Shown: positions 9,197 to 18,995 of the stretch, one piece after another
Layout of the letters: each line of letters starts with the position of its first letter
How positions within the stretch are numbered: position 1 is the first letter of the stretch
NCBI GenBank assembly: GCA_021813385.1
Contig: JAKAKT010000100.1
Coordinates: forward strand, 1 to 59,636
DNA from: Candidatus Micrarchaeota archaeon
Lineage (GTDB): Archaea > Micrarchaeota > Micrarchaeia > Burarchaeales > JAKAKT01
Direction: 5' to 3'
Length of the DNA stretch: 59,636 bases
Made by a program: the position numbers and the translations under genes
The notes under the pieces: generated by a model
Told to the model about the DNA's origin: nothing
Seen by the model: the letters and a program-made list of their open reading frames with translations, nothing else
Database searches by the model: none

Positions 9197-9557
9197 CAAG
9201 GTAATGGACCACTTCATGCACCCGCGAAACATGGGCGAACTAACTGATGCCGATGGGGTCGGGATGGTAGGGAACCCGACCTGCGGCGATGTAATGTATA
9301 TTTACATAAAGGTCAAGGGCAACCGAATCGATGACATACGGTTCAAGACGATGGGCTGTGCTGCTGCGATTGCAACAAGCTCGATGCTAACCGAGCTTGC
9401 GAAGGGAAAAACCATAGAAGAGGCGAAAAAAATCAGCAGGGGTGACGTGGCCTCTTCCCTCGGCGGGCTTCCACCGATAAAAATGCACTGCTCGAACCTC
9501 GCGGCCGATGCACTCCACAAGGCGATTGAGGATTACGAGAACAAGAAAAAGGCTTGA
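9180..9557 (+). CDS. iscU: Fe-S cluster scaffold IscU/NifU-N
   Basis: DHFMHPRNMG, GNPTCGD, GCAAAIA, LPPIKMHCSNLA. Confidence 0.97.
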   Translation: MPAYTDKVMDHFMHPRNMGELTDADGVGMVGNPTCGDVMYIYIKVKGNRIDDIRFKTMGCAAAIATSSMLTELAKGKTIEEAKKISRGDVASSLGGLPPIKMHCSNLAADALHKAIEDYENKKKA

Positions 9558-9623
9558 ACTTGGGCCTAGATGCTCGAGATTACGAGAAGAAGAAAAATAA
9601 GGGAGTTTGAAAGAGGAGAGCGT

Positions 9624-10169
9624 ATGGTCACTTCTAAGCTATGGCAGCTAATACTATGCGCAGCAGTCGGCGCAGTTTTCGGCGCACTTGTGACTTCATC
9701 GGTACTGGATTCAGGCAGCAAGAGCCAGGACCAGATGATAACTGAATTTTATGCCACCGAGCAGGCAGTGAGCATCAGCCCGGCCGGCATCGCGAAAGCG
9801 TTGGACCAAGGGACGGAGTATGGCATATTGGTCGACCTGCGCTCCAAGAGCTCATTCGAGGCAGGCCATTTCAAAGGAGCGATAAACATCCCCGCTGAAG
9901 AATTGTCCCCCGAACAATTATTGGCAGCGTTCTCGGCCCTCCCGAAAGATAAGCCGATAATTACTTACTGCTACAGCAGTTACTGCATGCTCTCAAGGGA
10001 GGTCGGGAACTACCTGGCTGGAAAGGGAATTTATACAAAGCACCTTACCGCCGGGTGGTACGAGATTCAGCGGGACTACTCTGCCTACACAGAGGGAAGC
10101 TCGAACACCGGCAATTCGAGCGCCCCGAACAGCATCTGCCGGATTGACAACAAGGGATTCGGCTGCTGA
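9624..10169 (+). CDS. Membrane-anchored rhodanese-domain protein
   Basis: N-terminal hydrophobic helix; LVDLRS...GHFKGAINIP; active-site loop YCYSSYC; LTAGW. Confidence 0.85.
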   Translation: MVTSKLWQLILCAAVGAVFGALVTSSVLDSGSKSQDQMITEFYATEQAVSISPAGIAKALDQGTEYGILVDLRSKSSFEAGHFKGAINIPAEELSPEQLLAAFSALPKDKPIITYCYSSYCMLSREVGNYLAGKGIYTKHLTAGWYEIQRDYSAYTEGSSNTGNSSAPNSICRIDNKGFGC

Positions 10170-10172
10170 CCC

Positions 10173-11117
10173 TCAGATATGCTTAATCTTATGGACCTTC
10201 AGGTAGATGAAATAGTTATAATCTGAAATGTTCTTCGAGAACTTCCCGAGAAACTCATCGAGGAAAGCCCTGAACTCCAGATGCGACTTGCAGGCAACGC
10301 TCACCTCGAGGTCCGCAAATCCGATGCTTTCATCCACGAATATCACGTTCGGGCGCTCGAGCGCATAGGCGAGCATCCGTCCCCTCGCCAAGAGGTCGGA
10401 TACCTGGAAATTCATCTTGTAAACTGCGTAGCCGAGAATAGAAAGGTCGAGCCTCACCCGGAACCCCTTTATGACCTCCTTCCCCCGAAGCCTCCTAAGG
10501 CACTCTTTTACCGTGAGTGGCGAGAGATTCAGTTTCGAAGCCAGTGAAACAGTCGTGGCCCGGGCATTCCCGGAAACCGCCTTCAGCACAGCAAGCTCGT
10601 TCTTCGTCACTTCGAGTTTCGAGTATCCCCCAACGTGGTGAATTTTTCTCTCGAGCGAGGGCTCGAGGAACCCGAACGTCCCGTCGTAAAGCCCAATGTA
10701 AGCGGAGACGCAGGCCCGGCCCAGGTATTTGTGGAACTTTCCCTCAAATTCCTTCCAGAAACTCTCGAACTCGAATGCTTCCCGAATCCACACCACAATC
10801 CCGACATCGAACTCACCCTCGACATTCCCGACCCACCACGTCATTTCATTCCCGACCAGGTAGTCCAGCAGTTCACCCCTTTTCCTTGGTGGGCACTGCC
10901 TCAGCTTAACATAAACTCTCACGCCCCGATACCCGAGCTTCCCAACGTCAATGACAGCGTAAAAGTCCTTAATCACGTCCGCTATCTTTAGCCTATCAAT
11001 CATCGCCGATACGGTGTTCTTGCTGATTCGGAGCTTCCTGGCGAGCCCGAGGTTGCTCTGCCTCGAGTTCTGGTCCAGTTCGAATAAAAGGCGGGCCTCT
11101 TTTCGAGTGAGTTCCAT
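10173..11117 (-). CDS. Lrp/AsnC-family regulator with two tandem HTH-RAM units
   Basis: Two repeats (LDQNSRQS...VIKDF and VSGNARAT...VIKGF), each followed by a RAM-like domain. Confidence 0.85.
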   Translation of the reverse strand: MELTRKEARLLFELDQNSRQSNLGLARKLRISKNTVSAMIDRLKIADVIKDFYAVIDVGKLGYRGVRVYVKLRQCPPRKRGELLDYLVGNEMTWWVGNVEGEFDVGIVVWIREAFEFESFWKEFEGKFHKYLGRACVSAYIGLYDGTFGFLEPSLERKIHHVGGYSKLEVTKNELAVLKAVSGNARATTVSLASKLNLSPLTVKECLRRLRGKEVIKGFRVRLDLSILGYAVYKMNFQVSDLLARGRMLAYALERPNVIFVDESIGFADLEVSVACKSHLEFRAFLDEFLGKFSKNISDYNYFIYLKVHKIKHI

Positions 11118-11221
11118 AAGCTTATTGGGAAGAAATGATAATTTAAAGCTTTCTTAAACTAGTTTTTTCCCAAATTTTTTCAATTAAATATTAATCTCCA
11201 ATAATTGAAAGTAATAGGTCC

Positions 11222-11965
11222 ATGGCAAATGGACAAAAAACGAAAGGCAAGACGCACGAGCAATACAACCTCTTGGCCGGGAGATTCGACCGGCTTATCG
11301 ACTGGAACGAGCGGCTGAGAATAAGCAACTTCTTCATCCGACTCCTCCGCGAGCACAACGCGAAAAAAATCCTGGACATGTCAACTGGCACCGGGCCTGA
11401 CAGCATAGCACTGTGCAAGAAAGGCTTCGAGGTGGTTTCTCTCGACGGGAGCCTCGACATGATTGAACGGGCCAAAATCAACGCAGAAAGATACGGGGTA
11501 AAACTCAGGACAGTTGTCGCAGACTGGAGAACCATCGGGAATGTCTTTTGCACGCAATTCGAGGGCGCAATATGCCTCGGGAACTCATTCACCCACCTGG
11601 AGCATCGCGAGAGGGAGGAGGTCGTAAAGCAAGTGAGGGGCCTTCTCGTGCAAAACGGGGTTTTCATAGCGGATTACCGGAACTATTCGCGCCTATCGCG
11701 CGGCCTTCCGATAAGGCTCGAGGACGGCGGGTACTACACCGGAAAAGGGGCGGAGATGAAAGCCGAATTGAGGGACGGCCTCGTGGTCCAGTCATACATT
11801 TTCGATGACGGCGCAAAATTCACGCTTTCATTCAAGCCGGTATTCATAGACGAGGCGATTGCAGAGTTCGAATCGAGCGGATTCGTGGTCAGGATTTTCA
11901 GCGACCGCAGGAAAGGATACAAAAAGAACGCATCTTTCTACCAGCTGGAGGGGAAAGCGAACTAG
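11222..11965 (+). CDS. Class I SAM methyltransferase, glycine/sarcosine N-methyltransferase-like
   Basis: ILDMSTGTG, SLDGS, ICLGNSFTHL, DYRNY. Confidence 0.8.
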   Translation: MANGQKTKGKTHEQYNLLAGRFDRLIDWNERLRISNFFIRLLREHNAKKILDMSTGTGPDSIALCKKGFEVVSLDGSLDMIERAKINAERYGVKLRTVVADWRTIGNVFCTQFEGAICLGNSFTHLEHREREEVVKQVRGLLVQNGVFIADYRNYSRLSRGLPIRLEDGGYYTGKGAEMKAELRDGLVVQSYIFDDGAKFTLSFKPVFIDEAIAEFESSGFVVRIFSDRRKGYKKNASFYQLEGKAN

Positions 11966-12002
11966 CGAATCTGTTTTTAACGATTCCCACCAAACTTAAC
12001 CC

Positions 12003-15000
12003 ATGAAGAAGATTCGGGCAGCCCTCATCGAAGCCGACTACGTCACGAAGAATGATAAAGCGATAGTCCGCCTCACGCTGAAACGGAAGAAGTTCTTCAG
12101 GCTCTACGACGACAGTTTTGAGCCCTACTTCTACCTGCAGGCTGACGACCTTGGGCGGGCGACGGAATTGCTCGGGCAGCTCTCAGCCGAGGACAGGGGC
12201 AAGACAGTCAAGCTCAAGCGAATCGAGAGAGTCAAAAAACTTTTGCATAGCAAGGAAGCCGAGCTCCTGAAAGTCTTCTGCTTCCACCCCTCGCACGTTC
12301 CACTGTTCCGGGACAAGGCCAGGGAAATCGGGACCCCCTACGAGCACGACATCCGTTTCGCCCGCCGCTACATAATAGACAAGGGCCTCACCCCATTCAA
12401 CATACTCGAGATTGAGAAAGAGGGCAAGATGATTAAGTCTATCCAGGACACGGGCGAACCCGATACCCGGCTCAAGACCCTCGCCTTCGACATAGAAACC
12501 TACAACCCGCAGGGCCTTCCCAGGGAGAGGAGCGATCCGGCCGTTATGATAAGCTACGCTTCCAAGGATGAGGATGATAGGAAGGCCGGGGTCCTTACTT
12601 TCCGCGAGACGGGGAAGCCTTTCGCGAAAAAATTCGGAACCGAAAAGGAGATGATTGAGGGATTCCTGAAACTGGTCAAGGATTTCGACGCAGAACTCCT
12701 TCTGGGCTACAATTCCACTTCGTTCGATTTGCCATATTTGAAAGCCCGGGCTGAGGCCAATTCGATATCGTTTGGAATAGGGCGGGACAACACCTCATTC
12801 CGGGCGAGGAGAAGGGGGATGTTCAACGAGGCAAAGATAACCGGCAGGCTGCACATCGACCTCTACCCCGTTGTCCGGTTCCTAGGGATTATCGGCGCCC
12901 TTCGGATTTACAAGTTCACGCTCGAGAACGCATATGCTGAAATAACCGGCAAGAAAAAACTGATGGTGGAGAAACTAGGAATATGGCAGATGTGGGACAG
13001 CGATTCCGGAAGGGGGAAGCTTGCCGACTATTCGCTCGGGGACGCCCAATCCACAATTGAAATCGGGGAGCGCGTCCTCCCGATGGAAATTGAGATTTCG
13101 AGGCTTGTCCGGGTTCCCCTGTTCGAGGTTGCCGGCATCTCAACCGGCCACCTGGTCGAACTCTTCCTCATCCAGAGTTCCTACCAGAAAAACATCGTGG
13201 TCCCAAGCAGGCCGAGGGAGGAGGAAGTCCAATCGAGAGAGGGCTATATGCTCCAGGGAGCTTATGTCCGCATCCCGAACCCAGGAGTCTATGAAAATAT
13301 GGCAGTGTTCGACTTCAGGGGCCTGTATCCCTCGATAATCACCTCCTACAACATCGACCCGGACATGATAAACTGCGACTGCTGCACAGAGCAGGAGTCC
13401 AAGGTCTCTCCCTCGGGCTCCCGTTTCTGCACCAAGAGGACCGGCCACATACCGGAAGTCCTCGGGAACATCGTCGAGCACAGGACTCAGATAAAGAGGA
13501 AAATAAAGTCCATCCCGAAGGATTCTGAGGAGTACGCCATCTTGAATGCCCGCCAGCAGGCGCTCAAGGTTCTTGCTAACAGTTTTTACGGGATGCTCGC
13601 CTATGCCCGCTCCCGCTGGTATTCAAAAGAATGCGGGGAGGCGGTAACATCTTTCGGCCGCCACTACATCCAGGAGACCGCGAAAAAAGCCGAAGAAACA
13701 GGATTCGAAGTGCTTTACGGGGATAGCATCACTTCCGACAGATTCGTAACGATTCTCGACCAGCACGGGATCATCCAGATACAAAACATCGAGGAGTTTT
13801 TCGAGAAATACAAAAATAACGCAACGAAACGAGGGGAAAAGGAAGCAATCCCGCTTACGGGCTTCAAAGCACTTACGCTTAATCCGAAAACCAAGGGGTC
13901 CGAGTGGAAAGAAATAACCGAAATAATCCGGCACAGGGCGAACAAAAAGATATTCCGGATTTCGCAGAAATTCGGCGAAACGATCGTGACCGAAGACCAT
14001 TCGATAATGGTTGAGAAAGGAGGAAAACTAGTCGAAGCAACCCCGGAAGAAATGGGGGGGAATCCGTTTGTGAAGATAAACTCGGTCCCCGAAGTGAAAC
14101 GGATGCAGCAAATAGATGTCTACGGGTACTTGAAGGGAAATTCATACAAGATAACCTATAAGGGCAAAGAGAAAACAATCTCCGCAAAAGCCGACAGTAG
14201 CCACGTATGGTTCAACTGGACCGTTCGCAAGAACCCCGTAAAAGTGAAGCGCTTCATACCGCTCGATAGCCCGGATTTCGAAAGCCTTTGCAGGCTCCTT
14301 GGCGCCTACATCCCGGAGGGCAGTTCATCTACCCCAGAAACCACTTCGAGCAGATGGGGCGCTTCAATATCATCGGCAGACACCCGGTGGCTGGAGCAGT
14401 TGAAGCAGGACTACGAAAAGCTATTTGCCAACGCCCGCTCGTGCATAATCAAGTCCACCAAAAAAACCCGTGATCTGGAATATCTTACCCAAACATCAGT
14501 AAAACGCATCCGATACGAGGACCACACACATAAGCTGCAGATGATGAATCAGCTTTCAGCCATCCTGTTCAAGGCTTTTTGTGGGCAAAAGTCCATTGGC
14601 AAAAAGATCCCAGATTTCATTTTTCACGTTCCCGAAAAGCACAAGCTCCTACTGCTTGAGCAGATGTTAAAGGGTGACGGAACCCACACGGTGAACAACA
14701 AGCTCGGATATTCGAGAGAGTATATAGAAAGAAACTTCAGATACGCGACCCGTTCCCTCGGTCTTGTGGGCGGGCTTTCCCTCCTCCTAACGCAACTTGG
14801 GAGGAACCACTACATAACTTACCGGCCCGGCAAGAAACTTTACACTCTAGGCACTTCTGACCGAACGAACCAGAGCTTCGAGACGAAGTTAATCGAGGAG
14901 AAGTACAGTGGCTACGTGTATGACCTGTCCGTCAAAGACAACCACATGTTCGTTGATTCGTGCGGGCAAGTGTTGCTCCACAACACGGACTCGATTTTCC

Positions 15001-15782
15001 TCCTTTACAAGGGCAAAACAAAGCAGCAGGTCCTCGATTTCCTAACAAAGACCAACTCTGAACTTCCCGGGAACATGGAGCTCGAGCTCGAGGGCTTTTA
15101 CTCAAGAGGCCTATTCGTCACGAAGAAGACCGCCGGGAAGGGCAAGGAAGGGGAAACAGGGGCAAAGAAGAAGTATGCGCTCATGGGCGAGGACGGGAGC
15201 ATAAAGATACGGGGGTTCGAGCTTGTCCGGCGGGACTGGTCCCCGATTGCTAAGAAGACGCAGCAGAAAGTCCTCGAGGCGATTCTCAAGGATGGCAGCA
15301 AGGAGAAGGCAGTTTCGATTGTGAAGGAGACTATCGAGGCGCTCAGGGCAGGCTCGGTCCCGCTTGCCGACCTTGCAATCACGAACCAGATAAAGAAGAA
15401 GTTCGAGCAGTACGAGATTATCAGCCCGGAAGTCATCGTTGCCGAGAAACTCAAGGAAAAGGGAACCCAAGTCCCAATAGGCTCGATAGTCGAATACGTT
15501 GTCACTAGGAGCGGCTCGGTTTCCGAGGAATTGAGGCGAAAAATCGATGCGAAGAGAAGGGAGATTAGGCTGAAGAAAAACGTTAAAGCGAAAGATGACT
15601 CACGAGCCACCGAGCCAATCTCTTTCAAGGCCGAATCCCTCGAAGCCGCAAAGGACTACGATGCCGATTACTACATAAATAACCAGGTGATGCCGGCAGT
15701 TCTCAAGATTCTCAAGGAGCTCGGGTATGAAGAGGATGACCTGAAGTTCAAGGGCACGCAGAGCTCGCTCGGGGACTTCTAG
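12003..15782 (+). CDS. polB: Family B DNA polymerase containing an intein
   Basis: ExoI FDIET, ExoII GYNSTSFD, region II DFRGLYPSII, region III KVLANSFYG, region I YGD|TDS split by an intein, C-terminal PIP-like QSSLGDF. Confidence 0.97.
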   Translation: MKKIRAALIEADYVTKNDKAIVRLTLKRKKFFRLYDDSFEPYFYLQADDLGRATELLGQLSAEDRGKTVKLKRIERVKKLLHSKEAELLKVFCFHPSHVPLFRDKAREIGTPYEHDIRFARRYIIDKGLTPFNILEIEKEGKMIKSIQDTGEPDTRLKTLAFDIETYNPQGLPRERSDPAVMISYASKDEDDRKAGVLTFRETGKPFAKKFGTEKEMIEGFLKLVKDFDAELLLGYNSTSFDLPYLKARAEANSISFGIGRDNTSFRARRRGMFNEAKITGRLHIDLYPVVRFLGIIGALRIYKFTLENAYAEITGKKKLMVEKLGIWQMWDSDSGRGKLADYSLGDAQSTIEIGERVLPMEIEISRLVRVPLFEVAGISTGHLVELFLIQSSYQKNIVVPSRPREEEVQSREGYMLQGAYVRIPNPGVYENMAVFDFRGLYPSIITSYNIDPDMINCDCCTEQESKVSPSGSRFCTKRTGHIPEVLGNIVEHRTQIKRKIKSIPKDSEEYAILNARQQALKVLANSFYGMLAYARSRWYSKECGEAVTSFGRHYIQETAKKAEETGFEVLYGDSITSDRFVTILDQHGIIQIQNIEEFFEKYKNNATKRGEKEAIPLTGFKALTLNPKTKGSEWKEITEIIRHRANKKIFRISQKFGETIVTEDHSIMVEKGGKLVEATPEEMGGNPFVKINSVPEVKRMQQIDVYGYLKGNSYKITYKGKEKTISAKADSSHVWFNWTVRKNPVKVKRFIPLDSPDFESLCRLLGAYIPEGSSSTPETTSSRWGASISSADTRWLEQLKQDYEKLFANARSCIIKSTKKTRDLEYLTQTSVKRIRYEDHTHKLQMMNQLSAILFKAFCGQKSIGKKIPDFIFHVPEKHKLLLLEQMLKGDGTHTVNNKLGYSREYIERNFRYATRSLGLVGGLSLLLTQLGRNHYITYRPGKKLYTLGTSDRTNQSFETKLIEEKYSGYVYDLSVKDNHMFVDSCGQVLLHNTDSIFLLYKGKTKQQVLDFLTKTNSELPGNMELELEGFYSRGLFVTKKTAGKGKEGETGAKKKYALMGEDGSIKIRGFELVRRDWSPIAKKTQQKVLEAILKDGSKEKAVSIVKETIEALRAGSVPLADLAITNQIKKKFEQYEIISPEVIVAEKLKEKGTQVPIGSIVEYVVTRSGSVSEELRRKIDAKRREIRLKKNVKAKDDSRATEPISFKAESLEAAKDYDADYYINNQVMPAVLKILKELGYEEDDLKFKGTQSSLGDF
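13725..14984 (+). mobile_element. 420-aa intein with LAGLIDADG homing endonuclease
   Basis: Begins with Ser after YGD, block B TEDHS, endonuclease motifs LLGAYIPEG and LEQMLKGDG, block F VYDLSV, ends LLHN followed by Thr. Confidence 0.93.
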
Positions 15783-15829
15783 GGCTATATTTAAATACCT
15801 GTATTGTATAAACTTATACAAGTGATTGA

Positions 15830-16105
15830 ATGAGACAGCTGAACGTGCTCCACTACCCAAGGCTGGATACTGTGCTGATGGTAGAGGATGCGATAAGAAA
15901 GGCAAGCGAATACCCTACCCGCACGCAACTCTGGCGCTCCCTTCCAAAAGGAGTGCAATACCAGACCCTCCAGCTCATCCTGGCATACTTGCAGGAATCG
16001 AACAAGATTTTCGTTACTAAAGAAGGCAGGATAATGTGGGTGCTTGCGGAAAAACCGGCGGCGAAAAAGCTGCTGAAGGAAGGCGTGAAGTATGCACGAG
16101 GTTAG
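15830..16105 (+). CDS. Small winged-helix protein, putative antitoxin
   Basis: 91 aa with a helix-turn-helix-wing pattern; overlaps the start of the RelE-like gene. Confidence 0.6.
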   Translation: MRQLNVLHYPRLDTVLMVEDAIRKASEYPTRTQLWRSLPKGVQYQTLQLILAYLQESNKIFVTKEGRIMWVLAEKPAAKKLLKEGVKYARG

Positions 16106-16433
16106 CCTCAGCCAAGAATTCAACAGGGAATTCATCGAACTCCGGGCGAAGGCGGAAAAGGGAGACGGCGAAGCCCGCTACCTGCTCGGAATCGTCGAAA
16201 AGGGGCTCGCCAAGCTAATGGCATCCCCGGAAGCGGGCAAGCACGTCCAAAAGCGCCTCATCCCAAAAGCATATATCTCGAAGTACGGGGTCACGAACCT
16301 CTGGAAGCTCAACCTCGACTCATACTGGCGCCTGATTTACACCTTGGAAGGGGACCGAGTCAAGCTTTACGCCATCGTTCTCGAAATGCTCGACCACAAA
16401 AAATACGACCGCAAGTTCGGGTATCGCTCCTGA
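16092..16433 (+). CDS. RelE/ParE-like toxin
   Basis: 113 aa basic protein; LWKLNL..YWRLIYTL...LEMLDHKKYD RelE-fold pattern. Confidence 0.7.
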   Translation: MHEVSLSQEFNREFIELRAKAEKGDGEARYLLGIVEKGLAKLMASPEAGKHVQKRLIPKAYISKYGVTNLWKLNLDSYWRLIYTLEGDRVKLYAIVLEMLDHKKYDRKFGYRS

Positions 16434-16492
16434 AGCAAGGCCAGGCTCCAGCACGCTAAGGTATTTATACATCCCAACAGAATGTTCTCTCT

Positions 16493-17320
16493 ATGAAGCC
16501 AGCTTATCTCCTGCTCGCGCTCTGTTTGCTTCTTGCTTTTGCTTATGCCTGCCAGCCGCCAGACGTTTGTACAATGCCGACTGGAATGAGCTGCGTAAGT
16601 GATTCCCTATCTCAAGAAACAAACAAGCTAAACATTACCCTAGTTCATGGCCTTGAGAAGACAATCATCGTAACAGGAATCACCTGCACAAAAGACCCGA
16701 ATCAATTCGAGCCTTGCGATGCCGAACGGTGCCCAGGATTTGTCGAAGGCAAACTAACGGTTGAGAAAGGAAAGGTTGCCAAGTTTTTTGTAAATTGCAA
16801 TGACGAAAATGGAAATCCCTTAAGATTTAATTACCGGGATGCCTTCATTGGAAAAATCAACGTTGAGTATTATTTCCTTGGCGAAGACCCGAGCATAAAA
16901 AGAACACTTAGCGGAAACATTTATGAATGTGCAGCTAAAGAGGGCTGCTTGGATACGTGCAGTATTGGTGCCTTCTTAACGTTCAATATAGTTCTATTAT
17001 TGATATCATTCGTCATCTCAATAATTATTTTTAAAGTCCCAGAGCATTTCTTGGAAAAAAACGCCAGGGTGCAACTTATCACTAGCATCCTGATTCCACC
17101 TGTATTTGTATTTTTAATTACCTTTATGGGCGTTGCCATGTTTGTCGATTCGAAAGTTATAGTCATCTTTTCATATTTTGCCACTATCGTTATAGCGGGC
17201 TATTTCCTAAATAAAAAAATTCCGACAGTTCACAATTACAAAATAAATCCATATGTACTCGGTATTCTTCTCTCTTCGGCAGTTTTATTATTCATGTTGC
17301 ATCTCACAGGTTCGATCTAA
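16493..17320 (+). CDS. Signal peptide + Cys-rich pilin-like domain + about 4 C-terminal TM helices
   Basis: CTMPTGMSC...LNITLVHGLEKTIIVTGITC...GKINVEYY...LSGNI, homologous to 44686-45324; hydrophobic C-terminus. Confidence 0.7.
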   Translation: MKPAYLLLALCLLLAFAYACQPPDVCTMPTGMSCVSDSLSQETNKLNITLVHGLEKTIIVTGITCTKDPNQFEPCDAERCPGFVEGKLTVEKGKVAKFFVNCNDENGNPLRFNYRDAFIGKINVEYYFLGEDPSIKRTLSGNIYECAAKEGCLDTCSIGAFLTFNIVLLLISFVISIIIFKVPEHFLEKNARVQLITSILIPPVFVFLITFMGVAMFVDSKVIVIFSYFATIVIAGYFLNKKIPTVHNYKINPYVLGILLSSAVLLFMLHLTGSI

Positions 17321-17361
17321 TCCGGAGTTAATTATAAAACACCTCGCGACAAACTATTTTC

Positions 17362-18027
17362 ATGAAGCCAAAGGCAATCTTCTTCGACATCGACAACACC
17401 CTTTACGATACTGCGAAGTTTGCCGAAAGAGCCAGAAGGAACGCGATAAACGCGATGCGGGAAGCCGGCCTAAAAGCGAGCGAGGAAGAGGCTTACAAGG
17501 CGCTCCTGAAAGTGATAGCCAAACGAACTTCGAATTACGACAAGCATTTCGACGAGATGGTCCGGAACCTCGGCCAAAAACCCGACCCGCACATAATTGC
17601 TGCGGGAATCGGCGCCTATCACAATACAAAATCGAGCATCTTGCCATTTCCAGAAGTAAAAAGCGCGATACTCGAGCTTAGGGATTCTGGCTACAAGCTA
17701 TACGTCGCTTCTGAAGGCGATTCCCTGAAGCAGTGGGACAAGCTGATTAGGCTCGGCCTCGACCATCTTTTCCATGATGTCTTCGTGACTGAAGACGTTG
17801 GAAGGAAAAAATCGAAGGATTTTTACGCGGCGATAACGAGGAAGCTCAAGCTGGACCCAAAGAAATGCATCATGGTCGGGGACTCCGAGGAGAAGGACTC
17901 AACTCCAGCAGGCGAGGCGGGGATGAGAACAGTTCTCGTCACTCACGACGGGAAGGGCAGGGGAAACGCCGATTTTGTAATCCGAGACCTGTCAGAACTG
18001 AAAAAAACACTAGTTAAGCTCGAGTAA
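17362..18027 (+). CDS. HAD-superfamily hydrolase
   Basis: FFDIDNTLYD, SEG, MVGDSEEKD...AGM. Confidence 0.92.
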   Translation: MKPKAIFFDIDNTLYDTAKFAERARRNAINAMREAGLKASEEEAYKALLKVIAKRTSNYDKHFDEMVRNLGQKPDPHIIAAGIGAYHNTKSSILPFPEVKSAILELRDSGYKLYVASEGDSLKQWDKLIRLGLDHLFHDVFVTEDVGRKKSKDFYAAITRKLKLDPKKCIMVGDSEEKDSTPAGEAGMRTVLVTHDGKGRGNADFVIRDLSELKKTLVKLE

Positions 18028-18096
18028 TTGTGATTCTTATGGCAATTGAAAATTACGAGAAATCAGCGAGCGAGAGGAAAACCGAGAGGGATTGGC

Positions 18097-18984
18097 ATGG
18101 GTCTTGAAGACTACGAGAAAGCAGGAAAAATTGCAAGGGAAGCTCTTGAAAACTGGTCGAAGAAGATAAAGCCAGGGGTGAAACTGCTCGAAATAGCGGA
18201 AGGGGCCGAGGGCGAGATTCGGGAGAAGGGCGCTGGGCTTGCTTTTCCAGTGAATATCTCGCTTAACGGGCAGGCGGCCCACTACACCCCGGAGCACAAG
18301 TGCGAGAAAGTCTTTGGGGACAAAGACATCGTCAAATTAGATGTCGGAGTCCACGTCAACGGATTCATCGGCGACACCGCGCTCACAATCGACCTCTCGG
18401 GCGAGCAGGGGAAGCTACTTGAGGCGAGCGAGGCAGGCCTGGAAGCGGCGATTGCGGGGATGAAGCCGGGAGTTGAGGTTGGAGAAATCGGAGCCCTAGT
18501 CGAGGCGGAGATAAAGAAACGCGGGTTCAAGCCAATAGAGAACCTCACGGGCCATCGGCTCGAGCAATTCAAGCTCCACGCAGGGACTGAAATCCCAAAC
18601 ATAAAGACTGCTTCCCCCCACCGCATCCAGGAGGGAGACGTTTTCGCAGTCGAGCCCTTCGCGACAAACGGGGCAGGCCACGTCTCAGACGGCTCACAGG
18701 TCGAGATTTTCATGTTTCTCGAAAAAAGACCCGTCAGATTGCGCGAGTCGAGAAGGCTGATGACTTATTCTGAGGAAAAATTCAGTGGACTTCCCTTCGC
18801 TGAGAGGTGGCTCTACAAGGATTTCAATTCGAAGCTTTTGCTCGCATCTGCGCTTCGGGAATTGGTAGGATTCGGGGTTCTCAGGGCGTACCCGATTCTG
18901 AGCGATTCCGGGAAAGGGCTAGTTTCCCAAGCCGAGAAAACCGTAATAATAGAAAAAGATGGCGCGCGAGTGCTGACCAACTAA
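18097..18984 (+). CDS. map: Methionine aminopeptidase type II
   Basis: AFPVNIS, AAHYTP, KLDVGVHVNGFIGDTA, NLTGH, AVEPFAT, VSQAE. Start set at ATG 18097. Confidence 0.96.
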   Translation: MGLEDYEKAGKIAREALENWSKKIKPGVKLLEIAEGAEGEIREKGAGLAFPVNISLNGQAAHYTPEHKCEKVFGDKDIVKLDVGVHVNGFIGDTALTIDLSGEQGKLLEASEAGLEAAIAGMKPGVEVGEIGALVEAEIKKRGFKPIENLTGHRLEQFKLHAGTEIPNIKTASPHRIQEGDVFAVEPFATNGAGHVSDGSQVEIFMFLEKRPVRLRESRRLMTYSEEKFSGLPFAERWLYKDFNSKLLLASALRELVGFGVLRAYPILSDSGKGLVSQAEKTVIIEKDGARVLTN

Positions 18985-18995
18985 CGGCGACTGCG

